The notes under the pieces: generated by a model | Told to the model about the DNA's origin: nothing | The model's input: the letters and a program-made list of their open reading frames with translations, nothing else | The model's database searches: none | From: Chamaesiphon sp. | GTDB taxonomy: Bacteria; Cyanobacteriota; Cyanobacteriia; Cyanobacteriales; Chamaesiphonaceae | Direction: 5' to 3' | Length of the DNA: 47,519 nucleotides | Assembly (NCBI GenBank): GCA_965246715.1 | Contig: CBDFFH010000040.1 | Coordinates: forward strand, 1-47,519 | Shown here: piece after piece, positions 8,857-19,388 of the stretch | Layout of the letters: each line of letters begins with the position of its first letter | How positions within the stretch are numbered: position 1 is the first letter of the stretch | Translations under genes and position numbers: made by a program

Positions 8857-10893
8857 CTACCGCATATCGCCGATCGCACTCATGGCAGTAGCCGCGATCG
8901 CTTGCTCGGTGGCTTTGGGGAGATGGTGATATTTACCATTGGCTTGCTTGGCGAGTTCTTTGGCAAATCCAGTTGAAATATATTTATTCTCGGTGTCGAT
9001 GACGAGTAACTTAATTCCTAACCCACGAATCCGACTGGCGATATCGAGGAGTTCGGCTTTAATATCTGGTTTCTCATCGGGTGGGATCGTTTCGCCCAAG
9101 GAACGTGCCAGCGGGATATTTCCCCGTCCATCAGTGATGGCGACGATGACTACTTGCCCGACATCGCCAGAACTTTGGGCATTGACCCCAACACGGACGG
9201 CTTGAGTCAGACCGTGTGCGAGTGGCGAGCCACCGCCACAGGGGAGACGTTCGAGGCGGCGTTTGGCCATAGAGATCGATCTTGTCGGTGGCAACAACAC
9301 TTCAGCTTGTTCGCCTCGGAACGGAATTAAGGCTACTTGGTCGCGATTTTGATAGGCTTCGGTGAGGAGACGCATTACCGCTCCCTTGGCCGATTGCATG
9401 CGATTGAGTGCCATCGAACCCGACGCATCGACGACAAATATTACCAAGGCACCAGAACGCCGTGCGAGTTTCTTGCCCCGAATATCGCCTTGCTCGACGA
9501 TCACCTTCCGATCGGGTTGGCGCAACCGGCGCGATTTTTGATAGGGTGCTGCTGCTCTAAGGGTCGCATCTACGGCAATTCGCTTAACTTTCCCCTTGGG
9601 TAAAATCGGTTTGACGTATCTGCCCCGATCTTCAGAAAATACCAGGCTGCGGCTGCCCGATTTGCCCTGTTTTTGCTGGGCGGTTTGGGCAAAGTACAAC
9701 ACGGTTTCGTCTAAAATTACGCCTTCGATATCGAAGACAAATTCTTCAGGGATATTCGGTGGCTCTTCTGGCTGGTCTTCATTTTCCGGTTCGTCATCCT
9801 CGTTATCTTCTTCATCCTCTGGCTCGTCCTGCTCCTGCTCCGACTGGTCTTGTGGTGGCGGCGGCGGTGGTGGGGGTGGATTTTCGTCTGGGGGCGTTTG
9901 AATGACGGTCGCACGCGGAACGATGACGAGTTCTACCGCTCGGCGCAAATCGTCAGCATTGACATCGGTACGTCCCTCTAATGCTGCTGCGGCCTTCGCT
10001 ACCCGCACGGCAAAGAGTTCGGCGCGATGTCCCATCACCTCACCGCGCAAAGCTTCTGTTACTAAATAGGCAATCTGCTCGCGGCTAATTCGCACGTCCT
10101 TGAGCCATTCGCGTGCCAGAAGAATTTGGGTTTTGATATTATCGACTTCTTCGGTGTATTGCGCTAAAAATGTCTGCGGCGATACGCTATACGCGATCGC
10201 TTGGCCGACGGCTTCGACTCGCTGGGCGATTTCTAGTACGCCATCAGCCGATAGGCAAATGGCGATGCGATCGAGCAAATGTTCGCGCAGTGAACCTTCT
10301 TCGGGATTATAGGTGGCAATCAGCAGCGGTCTACAGGGATGTTGAAAGCTAATTCCTTCGCGTTCGATTTGATTGCGACCGTCGGTTAACACGCCGAGCA
10401 AGAGATTAGCGATCTGGTCGTCGAGGAGGTTGATCTCATCGATATACAATACGCCCCGATGTGCTTGAGCCAGTAATCCAGGTTGAAATACGGCGGCTCC
10501 AGCGAGGACTGATTTATCTAAATCTACCGAGCCTAATAAACGATCTTCGGTTACTCCCAATGGAATCTGCACGAATGGTGCGGGCACGATCTTGGTTTCT
10601 AGCTCGGGATCGGGAGCCAGCGAGCGGGCTTCCAATAATCGATCGTCCCACTCGCTGGGATTATTTGGGTCGCAATTGCTCGTTCCTGCCACCGCAATCT
10701 CGATCGGTGGTAATAACGAATGAATCGCCCGCGCCATCACTGATTTAGCCGTACCGCGACCTCCAGCGATCGCGACACCGCCTAGCGTCGGATCGACGGC
10801 TGTCAGCAGGAGGGCTAATTTGATTGCTTCTTGACCTACTACCGCACTCAGCGGAAAGGCAGTCATACTCGGGGCGGTGGTCGCTGTCGGCAT
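8857..10893 (-). CDS. chlD: Magnesium chelatase subunit D
   Basis: AAA+ domain ([18 protein letters not shown]), polyproline plus acidic linker, and C-terminal vWA domain ([13 protein letters not shown]). Confidence 0.97.
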   Translation of the reverse strand: MPTATTAPSMTAFPLSAVVGQEAIKLALLLTAVDPTLGGVAIAGGRGTAKSVMARAIHSLLPPIEIAVAGTSNCDPNNPSEWDDRLLEARSLAPDPELETKIVPAPFVQIPLGVTEDRLLGSVDLDKSVLAGAAVFQPGLLAQAHRGVLYIDEINLLDDQIANLLLGVLTDGRNQIEREGISFQHPCRPLLIATYNPEEGSLREHLLDRIAICLSADGVLEIAQRVEAVGQAIAYSVSPQTFLAQYTEEVDNIKTQILLAREWLKDVRISREQIAYLVTEALRGEVMGHRAELFAVRVAKAAAALEGRTDVNADDLRRAVELVIVPRATVIQTPPDENPPPPPPPPPQDQSEQEQDEPEDEEDNEDDEPENEDQPEEPPNIPEEFVFDIEGVILDETVLYFAQTAQQKQGKSGSRSLVFSEDRGRYVKPILPKGKVKRIAVDATLRAAAPYQKSRRLRQPDRKVIVEQGDIRGKKLARRSGALVIFVVDASGSMALNRMQSAKGAVMRLLTEAYQNRDQVALIPFRGEQAEVLLPPTRSISMAKRRLERLPCGGGSPLAHGLTQAVRVGVNAQSSGDVGQVVIVAITDGRGNIPLARSLGETIPPDEKPDIKAELLDIASRIRGLGIKLLVIDTENKYISTGFAKELAKQANGKYHHLPKATEQAIAATAMSAIGDMR

Positions 10894-11729
10894 TAGTGAT
10901 AAATTCTTGGCTCGGCTCTTAAATAAGTATTATCTCATATTAGCCAGTAGCGATTGAATTGCCGACCCGCACTCGACACATTTCATTGCGTGGCACCCGC
11001 AACTGTCAAGAATGGCGCGCGTGCGGTTCATTGCGACATCCGAGTGGTAACCATGCCGCACTTACGGGCACATTTAGCTTTTATCTAATTCGATCCGCTG
11101 TTAAATGTTAGTTAGAGCTGTCTGCAGGGAACAATTAGAGTAGTGGTGGATTCTATCAGAATAATTGAGAGACCTAAATCGCTAATATTTTTTTAATTAC
11201 AGCGTATGACAATGAATTTTGTGTTATCTGTTGGATATATTAAAGGTAGATCGATCGGGAGACACAATTCAGATTTGTCAAATTGTTTCAGTAGAAATAC
11301 AGCTCAGTATTTTTACTGAAAATCTCTGGTCTCACTCTTAATACCGATTGCTTGAAGTCGGTAGTCGGGCAATAATTCTACGGCAATAGAGCAACCATAA
11401 AAATCGGTTTAAACTCAATGGCTGACTTCAAATAAGCTCTATAAAGATGCTAGTTTGTGTTCGGGCAATTCACCCGAATTATGAATCGAGCACAGCGCGA
11501 ATCCTCACACTAAGCTATCATTAAACATTGCATCGATCGGTAACTAAATGAGTAAGATGGCTAACGCTCCTAAGCTTGGTCGTGCTAGTATTTAGTGAAG
11601 ACATAGTGGCTCCGAACGTAACACCATCAATATTTGGATGGGTCTCGATCGACAAATATGCCACTAGCGCAACTTCAAGTTACAAAGGATTTATACTTTA
11701 TCTCTATTAATATTAGGGGAATTTTAACG

Positions 11730-12782
11730 ATGAAAAGATTACTGTGGTACGTTTCCTGCTGTTGGACGATCTCTCTAGTTGGTGCAGCGACCGCTCATGC
11801 TAGTCCCAAACAAGAATTGAGCAACCGCGCAACAACTGGTACCGCAGCTAGTTTGGGTAGAATGGTTGGAGCTGATAACCAGGGTGCAAACAAAGTCACG
11901 ATTTCTCAAGAAACTTTAGCACAAACTCCACCACCTCCTCCTGCACCTACAGATACCCCCAGTGCAGCCCCCGCAGCGCCAACACCACCAGCTAATTCTG
12001 ATACCCAGCAGATCCAGAACGAGCTAAACACCATCAAAGACAACAAATCTCAGACTCAATCAACCGATAAGTTCAACACTTACAATCCGAAAACATCCCC
12101 ACAGTTTGCAATTTTCAATCCCGTCGGTTTTGGTGCCGATCGCAATCTCTTCTTTATCTCAGGCGATTACCAAAATCGGACTAGATTCGGTAATAAATCT
12201 GACGGTGAAGCGGGTTTTGGCGTTGGATTGGGTGATGCTGTCAATGCTGTTGGGGTAGAATTGTCCTACAGTATCAATAGTTTCGGATCGAGTTCGGGAT
12301 TTGGTAGCGGTGCATTTAACGCCAAAGTACATAAACGGATTTCTGAAGATACTGCGCTAGCACTCGGTTGGAACCAGTTCGCTCAAGTTGTTTTTGGCAG
12401 CGGTCAAACGGACTATCCCAAGAACTCTTACTATGCAGTTGCGACCAAAATCTTCCGTACTACCGATGATATCAACGCACCATTCAGCCGGGTGGCATTA
12501 ACAGGTGGTGTTGGTGGTGGTGTATTCTTACCATTCGATCGAAATATCTTGCCTAGTGATAGTCGGAGCGGACTGGGTGTATTTGGTTCTCTAGGTGTGC
12601 GGGTTGCTAGACCCGTGAGCGCGGTCGTGGAATGGACCGGACAAGATTTGGCAGCTGGCGTATCGATCGCACCGTTCGACAACTTCCCCTTGGTCATCAC
12701 GCCAGCTTTCCGCGATATTACTGGTATCAGCGGTGAAAGTGCCAGATTTGTTTTGGGTGCAAGTGTAGCTTTTAACTTCTAA
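11730..12782 (+). CDS. Putative outer-membrane beta-barrel protein with Pro-rich N-terminal linker
   Basis: Signal peptide ending in AHA, Gly/aromatic-rich alternating strands, and a C-terminal ...ASVAFNF with terminal Phe. Confidence 0.75.
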   Translation: MKRLLWYVSCCWTISLVGAATAHASPKQELSNRATTGTAASLGRMVGADNQGANKVTISQETLAQTPPPPPAPTDTPSAAPAAPTPPANSDTQQIQNELNTIKDNKSQTQSTDKFNTYNPKTSPQFAIFNPVGFGADRNLFFISGDYQNRTRFGNKSDGEAGFGVGLGDAVNAVGVELSYSINSFGSSSGFGSGAFNAKVHKRISEDTALALGWNQFAQVVFGSGQTDYPKNSYYAVATKIFRTTDDINAPFSRVALTGGVGGGVFLPFDRNILPSDSRSGLGVFGSLGVRVARPVSAVVEWTGQDLAAGVSIAPFDNFPLVITPAFRDITGISGESARFVLGASVAFNF

Positions 12783-12877
12783 AATAGAATTACAAAAATC
12801 GATCGCTCCGTATCGATTCTGTATGTTGGCAAAAGTTCCCTATTTCGTCATTAACCATCAAGCAAGGTTGAACCCTA

Positions 12878-13435
12878 ATGTTAAAAATCTCCAAATATCA
12901 TCAAGCGATCGTGAGTTGTGGTGCGCTCTTGACTGCAACATTGGCTGGCTTCACGCCATCAGCGATGGCGCAAGTAACCAGCGGCAGTAACCAAAGTGGT
13001 AGTAATGTCACCACTTTCCCCGCGCCAAGCGTACCTTCGTCGAGCGGCGGCGGTGGTGTTACCACTACTAATTTCAGCCCCACCACAGTTTCTACAGCTA
13101 ATTCTTTCTCAGAAAGAATCAGCATCGCACAGACTAATGCTGACAGAACAGCAGCAGCTCTGGCTCAAGCAGAAACCGCTCAACCCAATGCAGCTAATAC
13201 CACTCCTGTCCGTTACGGTCGGGAATCAGGCGATCTTGCAAATTGTGGTTGTCCGAATGCGGATACCGTCGGCACGAATAACACCAATCGTCCAGAATTA
13301 GTAGCAGCCAGAGCGGCTGAAGCAGAAGCTGCAGCAGAACTAGCTAAAGCCAAGGCTGAGGCGCGACAGTTCCTCGAATCTGTTAAAACTGAGGCTGCAA
13401 CTGTATCGAGTAAGGTTTCCAGCCCTATTTGGTAA
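12878..13435 (+). CDS. Secreted hypothetical protein (Ser/Thr/Ala-rich, CGC motif)
   Basis: Signal peptide ending in AMA, a low-complexity region, NCGCP, and an Ala-rich helix. Confidence 0.75.
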   Translation: MLKISKYHQAIVSCGALLTATLAGFTPSAMAQVTSGSNQSGSNVTTFPAPSVPSSSGGGGVTTTNFSPTTVSTANSFSERISIAQTNADRTAAALAQAETAQPNAANTTPVRYGRESGDLANCGCPNADTVGTNNTNRPELVAARAAEAEAAAELAKAKAEARQFLESVKTEAATVSSKVSSPIW

Positions 13436-13582
13436 AGAGCGCGAATTAATCGCAACATTTGTGGCTCTAATTTGAGAACGGGCGATCTTCGCTCGTTCTA
13501 CACCATCTCAGTCACCAGCTTTGCGATAATTACGATTTATCAAAATTTAGACGATCGACAATCACAGTTAGGTTAGCCAAAC

Positions 13583-14221
13583 ATGACACAAATATCTAAA
13601 ATTCGGAACTTACTCATCGGCTGTGGCGTTCTTGCCGCAACCGCATTCGGTAGCCTCGTTCAGTCTGCTAGTGCAGCCGAACAATTTAACAACCAGTCCA
13701 TTCAATTCGATCGAGATACGATTATCGAGTTTGAATTTCAAGGATCGAATAATGCGGCACAGTCTACTTTCGGAGTAGTAAATCTAGCGACAGGCGAGAA
13801 AACTCCCCTGATCAGCGAAACTCGCGCTCAAGATAAGCCAGGTCGCAACCGTGTTGGTACTGTCGGTAAATCGGTTAAAAAACCTTATGCTGAATTTACC
13901 TTCAAATCCGGTACGCCTTATTCACTGTACCTAGATTCAAATGTTAAAGGTCAGCAACCAGTAACTGTCTACTCTACTTTAGAGAAGAATGGCGGCACGC
14001 GGGTTGCGGCATTTGATAACGAAGCAACTGCATTAGGCACCCAAGGCGTAAGAATTGGCTGGAACGATGGTGTATCTGCTAGTAGTAGTGGTTTCAACCA
14101 GTTCGTGGTCATCGCTGGTGGGGGTGTAGGTTGCCCTTGTAAGCCTAGTCCGATCCTCAGCAGACCGATTCCACCTGAGACACCACCAACTAAGGCCAGA
14201 GCACCAAGAGCGCGCGGTTAA
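13583..14221 (+). CDS. Secreted hypothetical beta-rich protein (possibly DUF4114-like)
   Basis: Signal peptide ending in ASA; IQFDRDTIIEFEF, STFGVVNL, IGWNDG...FNQFVV; GCPC then a Pro/Arg tail. Confidence 0.75.
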   Translation: MTQISKIRNLLIGCGVLAATAFGSLVQSASAAEQFNNQSIQFDRDTIIEFEFQGSNNAAQSTFGVVNLATGEKTPLISETRAQDKPGRNRVGTVGKSVKKPYAEFTFKSGTPYSLYLDSNVKGQQPVTVYSTLEKNGGTRVAAFDNEATALGTQGVRIGWNDGVSASSSGFNQFVVIAGGGVGCPCKPSPILSRPIPPETPPTKARAPRARG

Positions 14222-14240
14222 TAGTTAGTGACTAGTGGCT

Positions 14241-14281
14241 AAATATCCCCGACTTCTTCGAGAAGTCGGGGATATTTTTTT
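14241..14281 (+). terminator. Rho-independent terminator
   Basis: AAATATCCCCGACTTCT-TCG-AGAAGTCGGGGATATTT followed by a T-run. Confidence 0.85.
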
Positions 14282-14379
14282 AGTACGTGCAAGATTGTTG
14301 CACCTAGTGTTTTGCTATGGTCGGAAAAATTGGCACAATAGAGTGTAGGACTTATTCTCGATCGATCGTTGACTGAAAT

Positions 14380-15486
14380 ATGAAACTACTAAAACTAGGT
14401 TGGGCGATTGTAACGATCGCAGCGATAATGATTACCTTTAGCCCTTTGCCGATGCTCGCAGCGGTGCCAGTGACGGCGATATCCAGCGACACCAGCGGGA
14501 ATAGCTTTGTGAGTGCGGCGGTCGATCGTGTGGGTGCGGCGGTCGTCAGGATCGATACCGAGCGCACGATTACGCGCCGGATCGATCCATTCTTTGGGGA
14601 CGAAGCGATGTCGGGATTGCCACAACAGCAAATGTTGCGCGGTCAGGGTTCGGGGTTTATTATCGATCGCGATGGCATTATTCTCACCAACGCCCATGTA
14701 GTCGATCGAGCAGATAAAGTTACTGTAATCCTCAAAGATGGGCGCAGTCTTCAGGGTAAGGTTCGGGGAATCGATCCAGTGACCGACCTTGCAGTCGTCA
14801 AAATTAGTGGTGAGGAAAATCTGCCGATCGTCTCATTGGGTGACTCAGATAGCGTTAAAGTTGGTGATTGGGCGATCGCTGTTGGCAACCCATTTGGGCT
14901 AGATAATACCGTGACGCTAGGGATAGTTAGTACTCTCAAACGTTCGAGTTCTGCCATCGGGATGACCGATAAACGACTCGATTTCATTCAAACCGATGCG
15001 GCGATCAATCCGGGTAATTCGGGCGGCCCGTTGCTCGATGCTCGGGGACGAGCGATCGGTATCAATACAGCAATCCGGGCGGATGCGATGGGAATTGGGT
15101 TTGCGATTCCGATTAATAAAGCAAAAACGATTTCCGCTCAATTAGCGCGTGGGGAAAAAGTCGCTCACCCCTACCTGGGCGTGCAAATGGTCACACTCAC
15201 ACCAGAAATAGCTTCCGAAAATAACAACGATCCGAATGCACCCTTCCAAATTCCCGAAATTAATGGGGTTTTAGTCGTCCGCGTATTACCCAAAACAGCC
15301 GCAGCGATCGCTGGCATCCGTCGTGGCGATGCAATTCTCGAAGTCGATGGTGCCCAAATTCATGATGCGGGTCAATTGCAAGATGTGATGGAAAACAGTC
15401 GTGTCAGTCAGCGCTTACAAGTCAAAATTTTACGCGATGGCAAGGATCGTTTGGTGACAGTCATGCCTAAAGATTTGGATTCATAA
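14380..15486 (+). CDS. HtrA/HhoA/HhoB-type serine protease with one PDZ domain
   Basis: GSGFII, LTNAHVV, DLAVVKI and IQTDAAINPGNSGGPL, followed by a C-terminal PDZ domain. Confidence 0.95.
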   Translation: MKLLKLGWAIVTIAAIMITFSPLPMLAAVPVTAISSDTSGNSFVSAAVDRVGAAVVRIDTERTITRRIDPFFGDEAMSGLPQQQMLRGQGSGFIIDRDGIILTNAHVVDRADKVTVILKDGRSLQGKVRGIDPVTDLAVVKISGEENLPIVSLGDSDSVKVGDWAIAVGNPFGLDNTVTLGIVSTLKRSSSAIGMTDKRLDFIQTDAAINPGNSGGPLLDARGRAIGINTAIRADAMGIGFAIPINKAKTISAQLARGEKVAHPYLGVQMVTLTPEIASENNNDPNAPFQIPEINGVLVVRVLPKTAAAIAGIRRGDAILEVDGAQIHDAGQLQDVMENSRVSQRLQVKILRDGKDRLVTVMPKDLDS

Positions 15487-16517
15487 CTATTCTTGGCAAG
15501 CGTCAACATCTCGTTGGCGCAGCCTTTCCCCTGGATAGCTACTGCTAAAGATCGAGTTGAACTGACTGAGTTGAAAACTGCCTTACCCCAATAAGATAAA
15601 CTGCTTGACGTATAAAAATCCTCTTGGTATTAATGTGCTAGCGGTAGCGCAGTATAAATCGAGGTGTTATCCCGATCGGTACTTGCCATCAAAAATAATC
15701 CATCATAATATTTCCGCGATCGTTGTGAAACTGTAACTGCCGATCGATTATTTTGATGTGATATTAAATTTAGAGCGGCCTAGCAATATAAATGATAAAT
15801 CTTCCAAAATTTCTAGAATCTAACTTTTGAGATCGCTGATGTCATTAATTAGGTACAAACCTGGAAAGCATTACCTGAGCCGAGTCCAAAAGTGATGTTT
15901 GAACTTCGAGCATCTGTTCTGTCGCGATCGGTTCGGCTACAGTGGCTGGCAAATATCCCCACATCATCCAAGACAGCCGGTGGCGGAGTCACCAACTCCA
16001 TGTTCACCAAAAACTTGGCATAACCCAATTCACTGGACATCCGATACCTATTGTCATGATTCGATTAATGATACGTATACTCGTTTAATTATTTTATACA
16101 TTTGGCATTGCCAAACATCTACTTAAACGCGTAGTACTTTATCGATCGGTTGCTAAGCTCGATCGAGCTGCATAAATTTAAATTCTATTCGTAGTTAGGG
16201 TTAGTGGGGTATAAAATCACCGCTGGCAAAAACTCTGAATAATTAAAAATATCTGATAATTTTGGCTCCAAGGTAAGTTGAGAGCTGATAAATTGTCATG
16301 AGAAAAAATAAGATTTTGTCGATCGATTTATAACAAAATAATTCAGATTAAAAACTTAACTTTTCTGGAATAGCACAAAGCTACATCGTAGCTACAACCA
16401 AGAGCAATTTATCTCATTGACGAGCTATTCTTCAGTATTTCATCAAGTTTAAGATTTATAACTGCTCGTTTGCGACAACCATATTTAAATATTCACATCT
16501 TCACAAAGGAGCCAGAC

Positions 16518-17621
16518 GTGTCACTACAAATCTCTGAACTCGAACTAGAATCATCTATTACACTCAAGCCAAATATTCTCCACGTTATAGATCCAAAGCG
16601 GCATTCGCACATGCGCTTGGTCGAAAAATCTAATCCGATCGACAGTCGAGATAAACCTTCGATCGCTCCGGGAATTTTAGGAATCATTGGAAATACTCCG
16701 CTAGTTCGACTAACTCAAATTTATCCAGATGCTCACTTTCAATTATTTGCTAAATTGGAAATGTTTAATCCTGGTGGTAGCGTTAAAGATCGTCCCGCTG
16801 TGAATATGTTAAAGCAGGCATTCGAGTGCGGCGAAATTTCTCCAGGATCGACGATTGTTGAATCTAGTTCTGGTAACTTAGGAATCGGACTAGCTCAAGC
16901 CTGTATTATGTTTGGTTTGCGGTTTATCTGTGTCGTCGATCCCAAAACAACTCAACAAAACCTCAGCATTCTCAAAGCTTATGGTGCAGAAGTAAATTTG
17001 GTATCGGAACCAGATCCGATTACTGGTGATTTTCTACCCGCACGGATCGATCGTGTCAAATCATTACTGGCGGAGATTCCTAATAGCTGTTGGCTGAATC
17101 AATATGCCAACATCAATAATGCCAAAGCGCATCACCAGACAATGCATGAGATCGTCCGCGATCTCGATGGCGAACTCGACTATTTGTTCTTAACGACTGG
17201 AAGCTGTGGCACCCTGCGCGGCTGTGCTGAATACATTAAAAATCACAATCTCAAAACCAAAATTATCGCTGTTGATGCCAAAGGTAGTGTAATCTTTGGT
17301 GACAAACGGGGTAAACGGCTGATCCCCGGACACGGCGCGGCACAAGTTCCTGCCCTACTGCTACCAGGATTGGAAAGCGAATATATGCATGTTACGGATC
17401 GCGACTGCCTGGTGGGTTGCCGTCGGTTGCTTCGGCACGAAGCCATCTTGGCTGGCGGTTCGGCTGGGGGAGTAATTAGTGCGATCGCTAAAAAAGCGGC
17501 AGAGATCCCCGTTGGTGCTAATTGTGCGGTAATTCTGTGCGATCGTGGCGAACGCTATCTAGACACGGTTTATTCGGATAGCTGGGTTGCAGAAAACTTC
17601 GGTGAAATTGATTGGAACTAA
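16518..17621 (+). CDS. sbnA: 2,3-diaminopropionate biosynthesis protein SbnA (PLP-dependent, cysteine synthase fold)
   Basis: AKLEMFNPGGSVKDR, ESSSGNLG, AVDAKGSVIFG, RLIPGHGA and DRGERYLDTVYSDSW. An AAGGAG RBS precedes the GTG at 16518; the ATG at 16611 is an alternative start. Confidence 0.92.
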   Translation: MSLQISELELESSITLKPNILHVIDPKRHSHMRLVEKSNPIDSRDKPSIAPGILGIIGNTPLVRLTQIYPDAHFQLFAKLEMFNPGGSVKDRPAVNMLKQAFECGEISPGSTIVESSSGNLGIGLAQACIMFGLRFICVVDPKTTQQNLSILKAYGAEVNLVSEPDPITGDFLPARIDRVKSLLAEIPNSCWLNQYANINNAKAHHQTMHEIVRDLDGELDYLFLTTGSCGTLRGCAEYIKNHNLKTKIIAVDAKGSVIFGDKRGKRLIPGHGAAQVPALLLPGLESEYMHVTDRDCLVGCRRLLRHEAILAGGSAGGVISAIAKKAAEIPVGANCAVILCDRGERYLDTVYSDSWVAENFGEIDWN

Positions 17622-17625
17622 AACT

Positions 17626-18123
17626 ATGCTATATCCCTCACTCAAATCGATCTCGATCGATCGGCTATTCACGTTGCTAGGATTGCTGCTAGTCCTAGTC
17701 ATCGGTTCTCTCGATATCATCGCGCCAGCTCAGGCGTATGGGGTGGGAACGGGTGCTGTCAATCGAACCGAGCAATTTCCGCAAACTAGAGCTACTCAAG
17801 TTCGACATACGATTCAACTCATGCTCCCGACGACTGGGATCGAGCGCCTCAAGATTAGCGTTCCCCCAGATCTAAAAGTCGGTAGCAATATCGATATCTA
17901 CAATGACACCACACGGCAATCGTTATCTCCGTTAATCCGACAGGCTGCTGGCAATGAGATTGAAATTAAATTTCAGCAACTATTACCGCCGAATACGCAT
18001 TTAACGATCGACCTCAATCGTGTCAAGTTATGGGGCTTAGCTAGAACTTATCAGGTATATTATCAACCCATGAATGGTTCTGGCTATAGCTATTTAGGTT
18101 CGGCAGAATTCGATCGATATTGA
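17626..18123 (+). CDS. Secreted/periplasmic DUF2808-like protein
   Basis: Signal peptide ending in AQA and a beta-rich body (IKFQQLLPPNTHLTIDL...YLGSAEF). Family assignment is from recall. Confidence 0.65.
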   Translation: MLYPSLKSISIDRLFTLLGLLLVLVIGSLDIIAPAQAYGVGTGAVNRTEQFPQTRATQVRHTIQLMLPTTGIERLKISVPPDLKVGSNIDIYNDTTRQSLSPLIRQAAGNEIEIKFQQLLPPNTHLTIDLNRVKLWGLARTYQVYYQPMNGSGYSYLGSAEFDRY

Positions 18124-18176
18124 TTAGATCGATCGCCGCAAACTGGGAAATATTAATTATTAATCGGAGATTAACT

Positions 18177-19238
18177 ATGAACTATGATGACATTCTACTG
18201 TTGAAAGGCGATCGGATTATCGAGCTATTCCAAGGGCGCGATCTAGAAATCTTAGAAGCTGTGAAATCAGCTTATCAGATCCATGCAAAAGGCGATAGCA
18301 GCTTACCGCATTCTAACTTCTTACGCTTTCCGAATAACGATCGAGATCGGATTATTGCGTTACCCGCTTATTTGGGTGGGGATGCTAATATTGCTGGACT
18401 AAAATGGATTGCGTCTTTCCCGGATAATTTAGCTTTAGGGATGGAACGTGCCTCTGCTGTCTTAATTCTAAATTCCGCTCAAACCGGACACGCTCAGGCA
18501 ATTTTAGAGAGTTCGACGATCAGTGCCAAACGGACGGCAGCAAGCGCAGCACTGGCAGCTAAATATTTGCGCGGCGATCGATCTCTAGACACAGTGAATA
18601 CCATTGGCACGATCGGTTCTGGTTTGATTAATTTTGAAACCGTTCGGTTTTTGTTGGCTACTCATCCAGCCTTTAAAACCTTGCTGATATACGATCTAAG
18701 CCAAGAACGCGCAGAGCAATTTCAACGTAAGTGCTATGAACTATCTACCACGTTAGAGGTTATAATCGTCACAGAACCTCGATCTATTTTTCAAAGTGCC
18801 TCGGTAATTGCGTTGGCGACAACTGCCAGCAAGCCACACATCACCGATCTTTCAGAATGCCGTTCCGACTGCATTATTTTACATACCTCGCTGCGAGATT
18901 TATCTCCAGAGATTATCTTATCAGCAGATAATATCGTTGATGATATCGATCATGTTTCTCGCGCAGAAACATCAATCCATTTAGCTGAAAAACAAGTAGG
19001 CAACAGAAACTTTATTCGCGGCACCATTGGCGATGTTTTCAATGGAGCGATCGCACCGCAAATAGACAATAACAAGCTCCAGATTTTTAGCCCCTTTGGG
19101 CTGGGAATTCTCGACCTGTCTTTAGGACAACTAGCTTGTAAATTAGCGAAAGAACAACAACAAGGTACTGTCATCAAATCATTTTTACCGAGTTCGTGGT
19201 TAGATCGCAAAGAACCGCAGTCGATCGACAGTTATTAA
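18177..19238 (+). CDS. sbnB: 2,3-diaminopropionate biosynthesis protein SbnB (ornithine cyclodeaminase-like)
   Basis: PHSNFLRFP, RIIALPAYLGG, KWIASFPDN, RASAVLILN, ISAKRTAASAAL and FSPFGLGILDL; GGAGA RBS. Confidence 0.93.
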   Translation: MNYDDILLLKGDRIIELFQGRDLEILEAVKSAYQIHAKGDSSLPHSNFLRFPNNDRDRIIALPAYLGGDANIAGLKWIASFPDNLALGMERASAVLILNSAQTGHAQAILESSTISAKRTAASAALAAKYLRGDRSLDTVNTIGTIGSGLINFETVRFLLATHPAFKTLLIYDLSQERAEQFQRKCYELSTTLEVIIVTEPRSIFQSASVIALATTASKPHITDLSECRSDCIILHTSLRDLSPEIILSADNIVDDIDHVSRAETSIHLAEKQVGNRNFIRGTIGDVFNGAIAPQIDNNKLQIFSPFGLGILDLSLGQLACKLAKEQQQGTVIKSFLPSSWLDRKEPQSIDSY

Positions 19239-19388
19239 AATATATTTTGACTAGCAACTGTTAATTAATAATTAATCGATCTTATCGGTGTTGAGATCGA
19301 GTTGTCCGACCGCTATTTTGCAGCTTAAGTTTGGTTGACAAAATTCTAAGATGCAGATTTTATCCAATCGATTTGACAAGAAGGTTCA

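Noticed and set aside
9750..9900. Polyproline and acidic low-complexity tract
   Set aside because: It is the normal ChlD linker between the AAA+ and vWA domains.
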